54,495 nt of DNA from Verrucomicrobiota bacterium (GTDB lineage: Bacteria > Verrucomicrobiota > Verrucomicrobiia > Opitutales > Seribacteraceae): contig JAQBYT010000027.1 of assembly GCA_027622665.1 (NCBI GenBank), forward strand, positions 1 through 54,495. Reading direction: 5' to 3'. Under the pieces are notes generated by a model, which ran no database searches, was not told the DNA's origin, and saw only the letters and a list, made by a program, of their open reading frames with translations. This document shows positions 12,001 to 18,798 of this stretch, piece after piece. The translations under genes and the position numbers were made by a program. Position 1 is the stretch's first letter; each line of letters starts with the position of its first letter.

Positions 12001-12492
12001 GGCGCCGCCTATGCCCATGTGGTTTCCCTTTGCACTGGAGTCGAAGGTTTCGGAGCCCGTGCCCTCGTCGAATTTCCAGTGGGCGAGCATGTTGCTCGCA
12101 CGAGTTACGGCACCCTCTATATAATTGATAGTGGAGCTCATCGCGGGGGTATCGACGTTGGCCGAATCCTTGGCCGCCCCTGCGGCTATGCTCAAGGTGG
12201 CTTGGCCGGGCCAAGAGTTGACCTTGACGTCCATGCTGTAGTTACTGGCCGAGATCTGTGTGAAGTTGGAGAGTGTGCCGCCCGTTACGGTTACGTCGGA
12301 AGCATCGAACCCGGTGACGTTTTCCGGTACGCCGGATTTGGCAAACTGGATATTGATGCTCTCTTTGATTCTCGAGGTCTCATTGAGGCCGACCAAGAGT
12401 GCCGTGGTGCCGAATAGATTCGGCGTGACCAGAAAGACGGCGCAGAAGGCGACTAAGTTGAGGAGGATGTGTTTGTGTGTGTTCTTTGTCAT
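1..12492 (-). CDS. Giant secreted multidomain surface protein (>=4164 aa, 3' end beyond window): signal peptide, Ig-like, LamG/ConA-like, putative Ig (He_PIG-like), FN3-like, PA14-like, DUF2341-like domains, Gly-rich region
   Basis: Manual translation from ATG at 12492: MTKNTHKHILLNLVAFCAVFLVTPNLFG (signal peptide). Frame open in all segments translated down to position 1; no track ORF ends in this frame, and long antisense shadow ORFs follow it throughout. Motifs: AHWKFDEGTG...GKIDDLRIY (LamG), GLSVNTTTGVISGTPT (He_PIG), DLRFTD...IWVKVP (DUF2341), YYFRVYAVNAGG (FN3-like), YMSLF...NDDRGTLWLD (PA14-like). Confidence 0.93.
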   Translation of the reverse strand, partial: MTKNTHKHILLNLVAFCAVFLVTPNLFGTTALLVGLNETSRIKESINIQFAKSGVPENVTGFDASDVTVTGGTLSNFTQISASNYSMDVKVNSWPGQATLSIAAGAAKDSANVDTPAMSSTINYIEGAVTRASNMLAHWKFDEGTGSETFDSSAKGNHMGIGGATWTTGKFGNAFSYDDKSTALPLSAHPPASGTAYSISFWMNGDTAKLPGKATSIMESAGPSGRVINLHWPWNNNKVYFDSGHGSYDRIDIKPPNADDNPGPLWGQWTHYVVTHNRGAGTMRIYQNEIQIGIGTGKTKSLGPPVRWFLGSNSGGNGSRWYGKIDDLRIYDAELAASEVEDIYAGDFWPQLNPIITADDAGKRIQTVTVNFKVETTATSVTGFTAADLNVTGGAVTDFTGSGSTYTFTLTPTTYPSDVSVNIPLHSVESADGNYANISTTATLPFKLPGFRNDSHGGLALWLDGNEITDVVVDPDAPQTITTWSDASGAGNHMSNVVGDPKLVKGPNGHQVVQYTNDRTYTTKNFEGDLLPVGYTAFGVSRYTGGDNERVIASSNNWLFGHHGNQISRHHFNMWIDHGGIGSDTAFHVFVASNEPSKANNENVTPKAWIWMDGVLRKDGVNSHDNNPAPTTIMFGAYGGGGESSNCEVAEFIMYKGILLEENRKKVEGYLAQKWGINLPSSHPYMGDDPYANAVAPKVTTTKLAGNVGLKVNHYKISGSFSPNWFGIYQAPAWMSVNSSTGQLSGTPTAAGSFNVTLIVSTANGLTGTWKTKIRVTAASSAPSVTADDASEIGLYGADLTGTVTGTGGDTTVDVWAYYGLVDAGDDPLAWEKAIKIGAYENTNTFRARALGLFIGKKYYYRLGARNQGGIGSVAWTATKSFNTLSSLSPPQLGESNSTTVGAVHTLKGNIAKTGGEYPTVKILWGNEDAGQNPAVDKFDNTKWDNEIDFGTLATGDFTADVTNLTVGSIYYFRVYAVNAGGAAWSPLAVPFTPTIVITRKSDLLALWSFDEGTGATTADKSGKNNNIGDIGSATWTTGKVGKALEFDQASIQLPIAAHPPSSDNQFSIAFWAYGNPDKLPNSTSIIESKRGNNRVINMHLPWGNGRIYLDVGDGGIDRVEKDSVPADYEGRWTHWVMTNNKNPRAMRIYMDGIEWSSMTDRGRNWGAADTWYLGSNGNGNGNWWYGKVDDLRVYNVELTPADVSEIHNGGDGQPSGDDPQITSSLAVSANLNQAFSYTITSDEPNALLDAYGMPPGLSVNTTTGVISGTPTVGGAYNIYLIVNGSDATNIAIMTLTLPTSAPVISVDDASSVYANSAKISGSIQYTGGEAPIVTAYWGTANGFTIVPGLDLWQNQRVLGVKDVGPFILTANVPNKSTTYHFGFKFVNSGGTVRSTVKTFTTLANAVKPVLGNINIVSNITSDAAVFNTSMEATGGATTTGKFYWGTTDGGTTPGSWQNNIDLGQVLPGVPSGVLNPGDIGGPNVYFVRTAFTNSAGTTWTPESIIFTAKAEPLSSPGLIAGGLTGNMSFAENPGNLDTDTSYSGAVNGIDPLGPTVSESRTKPPWKDNWTVVYTGQIYDDDGKISFQEDIDDKTWLKVNDEILLNDSGWNRETTATKDYGQGGWFDFEVRMSNGGGGAGRAQKPTGFGYDPEGGNNWSLPRNADEKTADVFRFGIIDVTPYVTSATIVAAGLNKPFRYQIKASNGPLNFDAYGEPAWLSVNKGTGVLTGTPTAVGSFTFKVSAFTAYAAAVKEITLNVVDLDQWLYSMPVTLAYTGDDNLYEFPANYKLSEASAPGFKYSQVASPNARDLRFTDAAGGTLLPYQVDEWNPGGTSRIWVKVPKVGTLKTYSGVSITRPEDLGAYWSLNEGSGTKAGDLSGKDNNATWTGGGSPNWVDAKFGKGIHFNSAGRMETDASFKSTNSKVSGVTISAWAKLDSLGTNNSGDGAIFSNNVNNANTVLLWWDWDANGNGSQSYVFKGGDGNPDRVKGTTRPVTAGSWNHVAAIWSGKNRSIYVNGVKIVSGNANRADLNLHDDKMSIGYWTGNGNDFRFEGVIDDVRLYKAALTSDDITAIYGNGNGDFGPANDPIVAAQGATINMLWGNAAEAGSFPAYVNNGSTWSDFAGRWNMDDNEGTQILDASPNRNHANSKTKVDYSASGILGGAQDFQTGNGSGAVIPASANLNLGSVFTASMWLKYEGSAVSSGNNNDINHQRILSAKSHPNEKLGFEFMVRDNNQKQVHGRGAQDNPTYSQDLVNDWKASEWEFITMVFDGVAGKVYGYNDGVEKFNNDMSAPGDTSKGIGIGNQVDMNDNAWDGKIDELRIAPVRRSAEWIKYAYENQKYDADLFGFGDVAGPPFFGDVAAVYGKKGKAMSFTIPTFGTVDSLSGVGLPAGLSLNVSTGEISGTPVGGGASEVTFSVTGKGVTVTKKLPVKIVDLDLFVYKMEATLSGYAGSEELADFPVLLRLDNSKLDGFSFYSFLAQNGDGDSTGFDLRVYDDDGQELKYEIENWNNPVGTAEVWVNAPKVTSSTKLTIAWANPAETDMETYTYDGTTWTNDFAAVWHMNKTVAGKQLDSAFFYNHADAAGFVDGNVSTPMVGPFRDQGSGSAGAMTAPPGNLNSVQMDNYTLSGWVKRKGEAGMLKNAFLARGWDTWPAGDTYFNDVNQLLSKRTDYDGQKIWTSEDIWLDGDQQFIDAGIGIVQVDTYMSLFLSTFVVPEDGSYELRMTDTDDKSVGWMDLNKNNQFDSDEKIGGNGSWTKNNLNLMAGDKHLVAFIHAEGGGGSRIKPWIKTPSMDWAVINPADGAQDGFWNIDPGSPWGSVVSALSLVSKGDVGFGIDGSNKLVFKHALDGGIAVNKTASGALNANTWSHAVATVNKGLGQAKLYIDGTLDGTATFPAASAGLDTGDAAFGISSSMQASFDEARVSTAARSADWVKATYDNQKLNSTFVGYAAVTGPPIIASNLKDTATAKQSYAYDMKATGGPNGFAAFNLPAGLSMDPSTGNITGTPERSGVAEISLMFSYADGTTLGSAISGDAAEIILELTVEATNPVVETKDPANVTATNAIANGKITDDGGASVLIDVYYGQTDGGTTAASWTSVQQTGNQEGEFSVILANLVPGKAYYYRFMAFNAAATGGVWSDVSKTFTTTTTVIPVVGNKPVGNMATDGTVFSAELQSDVVFIGDGTVGNGAPSQFTKGAFAGLMLWLDANDSSTISKNPETDAYVGPSVTRYNDLIGYWNFDESTGAAAVDTSGGGYNGKFLDGAQFNKDTKKFGDSSLQIPTDKNNARMRIEPDGVSLGDQHTATFSISFWFKNLYGTGAWRTFSRGKNNHHHLIVRNSNNDVGVYANGNGDFRDSGEFDLASADTTAAWHNMVLVSNGSTNKSLIYYDGVYKGDSDRATGETIYTVGNYDGGGQRFAEYLDDVRIYGDALTQADVTAIYGGGNGDFGGIVIGEIVADLPAENGSVLFWGDKSGKGNHANSTNLGTTNREPAYVTNQQNGLPSIFFDDDYLALTNDDSDAFDSLENMTIFVAGRATGNVGWSPIISKRGDGGQGWQFRQRGNDNRMCMTIRATTGDDDPAANPYVNQKDGYHFWTVRYDGLKRLQRGDGRQEYEIDDTGAVMPATDRRVTLGARHDGGTNFTQPGKWKIAEILFYDKALAMDQVEKIEGYLAHKWGLSYQNGSHPYNGLPVDFSEQASGVDVSVYWGLSDGAESTTAWSNKAEIGNIYSVIKHTNQLRVKGFVNNPAAGYFDFSDNGGLIAMSPSGESVLKAGPGNRGYDFNGDGDWVNHGHGINRNDLYMSLFEGTFTAKVSGDYEFGIQGNDDRGTLWLDLDQDGIFSLSGANGDERLADRQNCCGNHYKTVTLTAGDYMFASAHGEHASGSNQELTIKTPAGAGPTNRTIAKPQDAAQDGLWSIATLSNGKKISTQKEQISQLENLVKNTTYHFRAFGTNSKGSDWADLTDIFVTENKLEFSYGTLTFETGAATWAHSSGRSGSGTVVEKSWTSPLGDTLAYKKAEYKFDSIKLSGNLQVLFMGTNPISLQTESNGDIEILVDLNASGGDGTGAETSPQSGVGGRGPGGTARVGGGSGGESYDQNGQGRPGGEPTNLGGTTIVNAGGGFSNTPWELELRGAGGSYAGQGTGPVADDRNVVVGSTYGDRK

Positions 12493-12569
12493 GACTCGTG
12501 GGCCGCTAAGCGGCGATCGGGTTCATCGTTGTTTTAAAAGGGAAGGTTCGATTGATTTAATAATACTAC

Positions 12570-12627
12570 GGGCACGCGAGTATGTGCGAGGGTACGCGAA
12601 AGACACCCTCAAGAGGGCGTCTCTTTC
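12570..12627 (-). promoter_or_regulatory. Candidate leader elements of the giant gene: hairpin plus 10-bp phased repeats
   Basis: Minus-strand hairpin GACGCCCU-CUUG-AGGGUGUC within 12598-12627; plus-strand units GGGCACGCGA/GTATGTGCGA/GGGTACGCGA at 12570-12599. Confidence 0.35.
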
Positions 12628-13220
12628 AATCGTCTGACTTGAAACGTTAAGAAGTGTAAATTCTTTCAAAATTCGAACTGGTGGAAGTTCTTGTGAAGTA
12701 TTGATTACCTATTATTAGCCAAAGTTTGCCAAATAATGCATGCCAATGGCAACTTTTTTTAATTCATTTCGTAAAACGTTTACTTACAGGTTCTTGTGGG
12801 ATTGTTTTTTGCATTGTTTTTTGCAAGTACACAAAGTTATTTTCTAATCAGCCGATTTTCGCCTTCTGTATTTATGCCTTATTGTGGCTATATATAAAGC
12901 AATAAATACCCATTAGCGCCAATTAGATTTCGAACTGAAACCGTCATGTCCCCGAGGTGTTTTTTTGTAATTTTCGTTCAAAGTTTATCAAGTAGTGAAT
13001 TCAAATATTTTGTTTATCCTTGGCTATCTTCGGATTGTAACCATCAAAATCAAGGATTAATTAAGCTTTGCTTGAGGTATACGATAGACTAATGCGAGAG
13101 GAAAGTGAACTACAGTTGGGGGAAACTTCATGCGATTTAGTTTGCTTGAACCTGCTTTGCCCTACATAAAGTGATGGGTGGTAAATTAGTTTATAAAACC
13201 TAGACTACGGAGTAACACTT

Positions 13221-13925
13221 ATGCAGGAACAAACATTCACACTATCCGCGGCCAATTCACCGGCCGCCGAACGCGCGGCCTTCATCCGCAAGACCTACAC
13301 GCACTTGGCGGGGGCTTTGCTTTTGTTTGCGGGCTTGGAATACTATCTTGTAAACGCACCATTCGCACAAAAGATGGCGATGGCGATGACGAGCGGTTTC
13401 TCTTGGTTGATCGTCTTGGCCGCCTTCATGGGGGTGGGTTACGTATCGGATAGGCTGGCCAGATCGCAGTCTTCCGAGGGCATGCAGTACTTGGGTCTTG
13501 GCCTGTCCGTGGTGGCATGGGCAATAATTTTCGTACCCTTACTCTACATGGCGACGATGTATTCCGATGCGGGGCTGATTCCCACCGCGGGATTGATGAC
13601 CTTGCTGCTGGTGGGAGGCTTGACCGCTACGGTGTTCATAACGAAGAAGGATTTTTCCTTTCTCCGCGGCATATTGTCGATCGGGTCCTTCGTGGCCTTG
13701 GGATTCATCGTCTGTAGCATGATCTTTGGGTTTTCTTTGGGATTGGTGTTCTCTTCCGTGATGATTATTTTTGCGGCCGTCTCGGTGCTGTATACGACCT
13801 CCAACGTCATGCACCACTTCCACCCGAGCCAGCACGTGGCTGCATCCTTGGCCTTGTTTTCGGCCGTGGCCTTGATGTTCTGGTACATTCTTCAGATGCT
13901 GATGGCTCTTACGGGCAGGGACTGA
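13221..13925 (+). CDS. Bax inhibitor-1/YccA family membrane protein
   Basis: About seven hydrophobic segments; ERAAFIRKTYTHLA, TKKDFSFL, LYTTSNVMH, AASLALF motifs; GGAG upstream. Confidence 0.9.
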   Translation: MQEQTFTLSAANSPAAERAAFIRKTYTHLAGALLLFAGLEYYLVNAPFAQKMAMAMTSGFSWLIVLAAFMGVGYVSDRLARSQSSEGMQYLGLGLSVVAWAIIFVPLLYMATMYSDAGLIPTAGLMTLLLVGGLTATVFITKKDFSFLRGILSIGSFVALGFIVCSMIFGFSLGLVFSSVMIIFAAVSVLYTTSNVMHHFHPSQHVAASLALFSAVALMFWYILQMLMALTGRD

Positions 13926-13952
13926 TCCGTACTTGGCGAGATTTTTTTCCAT

Positions 13953-13990
13953 GCCTTCCGGGGGTTCGATCCTCGGGAGGCTTTTTCTTT
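13953..13990 (+). terminator. Rho-independent terminator
   Basis: GCCTTCCGGGGG-TTCGA-TCCTCGGGAGGC stem (G-U pairs) followed by TTTTTCTTT, just after the BI-1 stop. Confidence 0.8.
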
Positions 13991-14053
13991 AAGCGTGACG
14001 ATTGCCCCTGCGGTTTGCTATTTTACAGGCCAATTTTTTAAATCCGAAGACAG

Positions 14054-14800
14054 ATGCACAAGCTAGTACTACTCAGACACGGCGAAAGCGAATGGAACCA
14101 AGAGAACCGATTCACCGGTTGGCACGACGTAGACCTGACCGCCAAGGGCGAGGAAGAGGGCAGGCGCTCGGGCCGATTGCTCAAGGATGAGGGCTTTGCC
14201 TTCGACGTCGTCTACACCTCGCTGCTCAAGCGTGCGATTCGCACGATGTGGTTGGCTCTGGAGGAATTGGATCAAACGTGGGTGCCCGTGCATCGCGAAT
14301 GGCGTTTGAACGAGAGGCACTACGGGGCCCTCCAAGGGCTGAACAAGGCGGAGACCGCGGCCAAGCATGGCGAGGACCAAGTATTGGTCTGGCGCAGAAG
14401 CTACGACGTACCGCCTCCCGCCTTGGATCCCGACGATGAGCGGCATCCGGGTAAGGACAGGCGATACGCCAACCTACCTGCGGAGAATCTTCCCCTTTCG
14501 GAATGCCTGAAGGACACCGTGGAGCGTTTCATGCCCTTGTGGCAGGACACGATTGCTCCCGCGGTGCAAGAGGGGAAAAGCGTGCTGATCGTGGCTCACG
14601 GCAATTCGCTTCGGGCCTTGGTCAAGTATCTGGACGGAGTATCCGAGGAAGATATCGTAGGGCTGAACATTCCCACCGGTATGCCTCTCATATATGATCT
14701 GGATGCCGACCTGAAACCACTAGACCGTCGTTACTTGGGAGATCCCGAAGAAGTGGCCAAGGCGATGGAAGCCGTAGCCAATCAAGGCAAGGCCAAGTAA
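14054..14800 (+). CDS. gpmA: 2,3-bisphosphoglycerate-dependent phosphoglycerate mutase
   Basis: [49 protein letters not shown]. Confidence 0.97.
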   Translation: MHKLVLLRHGESEWNQENRFTGWHDVDLTAKGEEEGRRSGRLLKDEGFAFDVVYTSLLKRAIRTMWLALEELDQTWVPVHREWRLNERHYGALQGLNKAETAAKHGEDQVLVWRRSYDVPPPALDPDDERHPGKDRRYANLPAENLPLSECLKDTVERFMPLWQDTIAPAVQEGKSVLIVAHGNSLRALVKYLDGVSEEDIVGLNIPTGMPLIYDLDADLKPLDRRYLGDPEEVAKAMEAVANQGKAK

Positions 14801-14839
14801 GTTTGCCTTTTTCCTGAAAATCCAATTGAATTAGCTGAA

Positions 14840-15793
14840 ATGGAACCCGAAGCGCAAAAAGGAAGCAAGATTCGTCGAGAATACGACGAGCAATTCGTGG
14901 TTACTCCCGAGTACCACGCCTCTCTTCCCGACGTCCAAAACAGCGGTGCCTCCGGCATGGAGGGCGCCAACGTGCCCATTCTGCAGGTGGGCATCTCCGG
15001 GTTTCGCCTGCCGCTTCGCTACGTAGGGCCGGACGGCGAGGATCTTTGCCTGGAAACCAAGGTGACGGGGACGGTGAGCTTGGACGCCGACAAGAAGGGG
15101 ATCAACATGTCCCGCATAATGCGAACCTTCTATGATTTCAAGGACGAGACCTTCTCCCCCGAAGTGCTCGGCAAAGTGCTTCGCGTCTACAAGGATCGCC
15201 TCGACTCGCGGGAAGCTCGATTGAAAACCGCCTTTTCCTACCCCATGGAACAGGAAAGCCTGCGCAGCGGGTTGCGCGGAATCCAGTACTACAATTGCTC
15301 TTTCGAGGGCCTCATTGATTTGGCGGACCGCTTTCGTAAAATCGTACATTTCGACTTCGTCTATTCCTCCGCATGTCCCTGCGCATCGGAACTCTCCGAG
15401 CACGCTCGGGAGCACCGCCACCTGCTGGCCATTCCTCATTCCCAGCGCAGCCGAGCTCGAGTGAGCGTGGAAATACATCCGGACAAGGAGCTTTCCCTCC
15501 TTGAACTGAGGGACCTTTGTCTGACAGCTCTTCGCACGGAAACACAGGTGATGGTAAGGCGAGAAGACGAACAAGCCTTCGCCGAACTTAACGGAGCCTA
15601 CGTAAAGTTCGTGGAGGATGCGGCGCGCCTGTTGTACGAACAATTGGCCGATGATTCTCGCATCGTTGATTTTCGCGTGGTCTGTTCTCATTTCGAATCG
15701 CTGCACTCGCACGATGCCGTTGCCGTTCTTTGCCGAGGCGTGGACGGTGGATTCCGGGCCGAGTTTGAGGATTTCGATAACTTCAACGCTTGA
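14840..15793 (+). CDS. folE2: GTP cyclohydrolase I type B (FolE2)
   Basis: [36 protein letters not shown] motifs. Confidence 0.93.
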   Translation: MEPEAQKGSKIRREYDEQFVVTPEYHASLPDVQNSGASGMEGANVPILQVGISGFRLPLRYVGPDGEDLCLETKVTGTVSLDADKKGINMSRIMRTFYDFKDETFSPEVLGKVLRVYKDRLDSREARLKTAFSYPMEQESLRSGLRGIQYYNCSFEGLIDLADRFRKIVHFDFVYSSACPCASELSEHAREHRHLLAIPHSQRSRARVSVEIHPDKELSLLELRDLCLTALRTETQVMVRREDEQAFAELNGAYVKFVEDAARLLYEQLADDSRIVDFRVVCSHFESLHSHDAVAVLCRGVDGGFRAEFEDFDNFNA

Positions 15794-17031
15794 GCGAGGC
15801 GAAACGCCTCCCTTCGCCAGACTATACGAGGTCCCAAGGCGTCGTGGTTGAGGATGGTTCTTCGAACCTTTGCTTTTCAACCGTTCGCGTAGAAGACAAC
15901 TGGGCAGGCTTGGAAGAGGAGATCGAGACTCTCTTCTCCTCTTTGGAAAGCCCCAACCCCTATTTTTCGCCGGAGTGGCTTCGCTGTTGGCTAAAGTGGT
16001 CGAACAAGGAACAAAAACCATTTGCCGCGCTTGTTCGAGATCGCAACGGACGATTAACCGCCTTTTGGCCTTTCGTAGAAAAAAAAGGGATAATTGGAGC
16101 GAAAGGACTCTGGCCCTACCTCAACAACGAGGCGAACTACTTCGACCCTTTGGGATTTCCGGACGCGATTCCGACCTTGGTAAAGGGGGTGCATGGTCTA
16201 CTCGGAGATTATCACTTCATCTGGACCTCGTTGCTGAGGGATTCCTTCTGGAGCAACTATCTGGCTCCGATGTTGGCAGAAAGCAATACCCCGTGCCTTT
16301 TGCGGATTGCCAGAAAAACCTGCCTGTCCGACCTGAACTCATTTTCCAGTTTCGATGCATTTCTGAGCGACAGACTGGGAGCCAAGTCGAAAAAGAGCCT
16401 CCGCTACTCCGAGCGAAGGCTATTGGATCTCGGAGGCGTCACCTTCGAAAGGCATTCGGATCCCGACGGCATTCGGTCGATGCTGCCCGCGACCTGCTTG
16501 GTCGAATTAAACTCGTGGAAAGGAGCTGCAATCGCAGGACTCTACTCAGTTCGCGGGAAAAGAGCCTTCTTCTTCGAGTTGCTGCCTGCTTTGGCGGAAA
16601 AGGGCAGGGCAGTCACCTCCTGCCTGCGCGTCGAGGGTTTTGCCGTAGCATGGGAACTGGGCTTGCTCTGGCAAAACGGAAGTATGTACGGGTTGCACAA
16701 TTTAGCCTACGACGAAGATTGGAAATTGCATTCCCCGGGGAAGCAACTCCTCGTCCACAACTTGGCTGCGTCTCATGCTGCCGGTCGCTCGGTTGACTTC
16801 CTGCCCGGGCATCTCGATTACAAGCAAAAGTTCGCCACGAGAACAGAACCCGTTCGCGAACTGCATTGGTTTCGCCGATCCGCCAGAGGTTTTCTCGCCC
16901 GTAAGTTGATTCTGTTGAATATGAGAATTAGGCGACGATTAATGGCCAAGGCGAAAGGAAGAGCCTATGCCGCCTTTCATCAGAATTTGGACGAATACCT
17001 CGGAGCTTTCCCCGTTGATTCCAAGGAGTAG
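15790..17031 (+). CDS. GNAT-family acetyltransferase (CelD/BcsL-like)
   Basis: [42 protein letters not shown] start overlaps the folE2 stop (start uncertain). Confidence 0.8.
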   Translation: MSEAKRLPSPDYTRSQGVVVEDGSSNLCFSTVRVEDNWAGLEEEIETLFSSLESPNPYFSPEWLRCWLKWSNKEQKPFAALVRDRNGRLTAFWPFVEKKGIIGAKGLWPYLNNEANYFDPLGFPDAIPTLVKGVHGLLGDYHFIWTSLLRDSFWSNYLAPMLAESNTPCLLRIARKTCLSDLNSFSSFDAFLSDRLGAKSKKSLRYSERRLLDLGGVTFERHSDPDGIRSMLPATCLVELNSWKGAAIAGLYSVRGKRAFFFELLPALAEKGRAVTSCLRVEGFAVAWELGLLWQNGSMYGLHNLAYDEDWKLHSPGKQLLVHNLAASHAAGRSVDFLPGHLDYKQKFATRTEPVRELHWFRRSARGFLARKLILLNMRIRRRLMAKAKGRAYAAFHQNLDEYLGAFPVDSKE

Positions 17032-17053
17032 TTTGGATAATTAGGATTTTGCA

Positions 17054-17695
17054 ATGAGTGATGACCTAAGCCAAATGCGTGAGGACTACAGCCTCGGTTC
17101 GTTCCGTCGGACAGACCTTGACGAGTGCCCCTTGGAGCAGTTTTCCAAGTGGATGAACGATGCAAATTCAGCTAAGATCATAGAGCCGAATGCCTGTACT
17201 TTAGTCACCTCAAGTATATCTGCAACACCGTCTACGAGATCGATTTTATTAAAAGGCATTGAGAACGGCCACTTCCTGTTCTTCACCAATTTCGGTAGTC
17301 GGAAGGCCCGAGAGCTGAAGGAAAACCCACAAGGAGTCCTCCACTTTCCTTGGTGGGGCATCCAGCGGCAGGTAACCGTGGAAGGTTCGGTGGATCTGTT
17401 GGATGAGGAAAGCTCGGAAGAGTATTTCCATTCAAGACCGCTGGAAAGCCGGCTTGGCGCATGGGCATCACGCCAAAGCGAGGTCGTCGAGTCACGGGAA
17501 TCTCTGGAAAACGCTTTTGAGGAGATGGCCGCACGTTTCGGGGAGAATCCGCCAAAACCTCCATTTTGGGGTGGTTTTCGTCTGCAGCCCATGACGATGG
17601 AGTTCTGGCAGGGAAGAACGGGGCGTTTGCACGACCGGTTTAGGTACAGCCGAACCACGGAAAACGAGTGGAAGATCGACAGGTTGTCTCCATGA
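17054..17695 (+). CDS. pdxH: Pyridoxamine 5'-phosphate oxidase
   Basis: MREDY, EPNA, FFTNFGSRK, YFHSRP, EFWQGRTGRLHDR, RLSP. Confidence 0.96.
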   Translation: MSDDLSQMREDYSLGSFRRTDLDECPLEQFSKWMNDANSAKIIEPNACTLVTSSISATPSTRSILLKGIENGHFLFFTNFGSRKARELKENPQGVLHFPWWGIQRQVTVEGSVDLLDEESSEEYFHSRPLESRLGAWASRQSEVVESRESLENAFEEMAARFGENPPKPPFWGGFRLQPMTMEFWQGRTGRLHDRFRYSRTTENEWKIDRLSP

Positions 17696-17904
17696 GCAAA
17701 GAACCGGAAGAAGGTGCGAGCAGCGAACGTCCACTGGACAAGTTGCTCTCCATGCGAGGCAAACCCTTTGCCAACTGGAAGGAGGAGCGCGAGTACCTTC
17801 GCCGCAAGTGGGGAGAGCAGGGCAAGCGGGTTGAGCCCGGTCCCGGGATGGGAAAACCCGCCGATGACTTAAACGAAACGGACTCTATCAATAAGGATAC
17901 ATGA
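17692..17904 (+). CDS. Small hypothetical protein (70 aa)
   Basis: ATG at 17692 overlaps the pdxH stop (ATGA); its stop overlaps the menB start (ATGA); fills the gap exactly. Confidence 0.65.
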   Translation: MSKEPEEGASSERPLDKLLSMRGKPFANWKEEREYLRRKWGEQGKRVEPGPGMGKPADDLNETDSINKDT

Positions 17905-18731
17905 TGAACTGGACTAAGGAAAAGGACTACCAAGACATCGTCTACGAGAAGATCGAAGGTATCGCTAAGGTAACGATCAATAGACCCGAAAAACGAAATG
18001 CCTTTCGCCCACGAACAGTTGCCGAAATGTACGAGGCATTTCTGGATGCGCGTGAGGATTCCTCCATCGGAGTCGTGCTGCTCACCGGGGCGGGCCCGCA
18101 CACCGACGGGAAGTATGCCTTTTGCTCGGGCGGAGACCAAAGCGTACGCGGGAAGGCCGGGTATTTGGACGACAAGGGGGTTCCCCGCTTGAACGTGCTC
18201 GACCTGCAAAGGCTGATCCGATCGATGCCCAAGGTGGTAATCGCCTTAGTCGCGGGATACGCAATCGGCGGGGGGCACGTATTGCACGTCGTGTGCGACC
18301 TTACGATCGCTGCCGACAATGCAGTGTTCGGGCAGACGGGTCCCAAGGTGGGCAGCTTCGACGGTGGTTTCGGGTCCGGTTATCTGGCGCGCATCGTGGG
18401 GCAGAAGAAAGCTCGTGAGATTTGGTATCTTTGCCGACAGTATGATGCTTCCGAAGCTTTCGACATGGGACTGGTGAACAAGGTCGTGCCGATAGACGAC
18501 CTGGAAGCCGAAGGCGTTGTTTGGGCAAATGAGATTTTATGCAAAAGTCCCTTGGCCATTCGATGCTTGAAATCGGCCTTCAACGCTGACTGTGATGGAC
18601 AGGCAGGCATACAAGAACTGGCAGGCAACGCCACTATGCTTTATTATCTTACCGAAGAAGGGGCAGAGGGGAAGCAAGCCTTTCTCGAGAAACGGGAACC
18701 GAACTTCCGCAAGTACCCTTGGCTGCCGTGA
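17901..18731 (+). CDS. menB: 1,4-dihydroxy-2-naphthoyl-CoA synthase
   Basis: [48 protein letters not shown]. Confidence 0.97.
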   Translation: MMNWTKEKDYQDIVYEKIEGIAKVTINRPEKRNAFRPRTVAEMYEAFLDAREDSSIGVVLLTGAGPHTDGKYAFCSGGDQSVRGKAGYLDDKGVPRLNVLDLQRLIRSMPKVVIALVAGYAIGGGHVLHVVCDLTIAADNAVFGQTGPKVGSFDGGFGSGYLARIVGQKKAREIWYLCRQYDASEAFDMGLVNKVVPIDDLEAEGVVWANEILCKSPLAIRCLKSAFNADCDGQAGIQELAGNATMLYYLTEEGAEGKQAFLEKREPNFRKYPWLP

Positions 18732-18798
18732 GCGGTGGGGTGAGTAAACTTTATGCTTCTTCTCCTACGGTCCACACCAGACGTTGACTCAAAATCGT

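Noticed and set aside
64..12417. Long plus-strand ORFs (e.g. 1288-3402, 5572-7029, 10264-10986)
   Set aside because: All lie in the antisense register of the giant minus-strand gene, are Val/Gly-rich and show no motifs: shadow ORFs.
12711..12760. TGGCA motifs as a sigma54 promoter
   Set aside because: No GG-N10-GC spacing on either strand.
12871..12898. Possible dif-like 11-6-11 site
   Set aside because: Neither arm matches the XerD consensus TTATGTTAAAT convincingly; the region is simply AT-rich.
14831..16021. 396-aa minus-strand ORF
   Set aside because: Antisense to the clearly recognisable folE2 and the GNAT gene.
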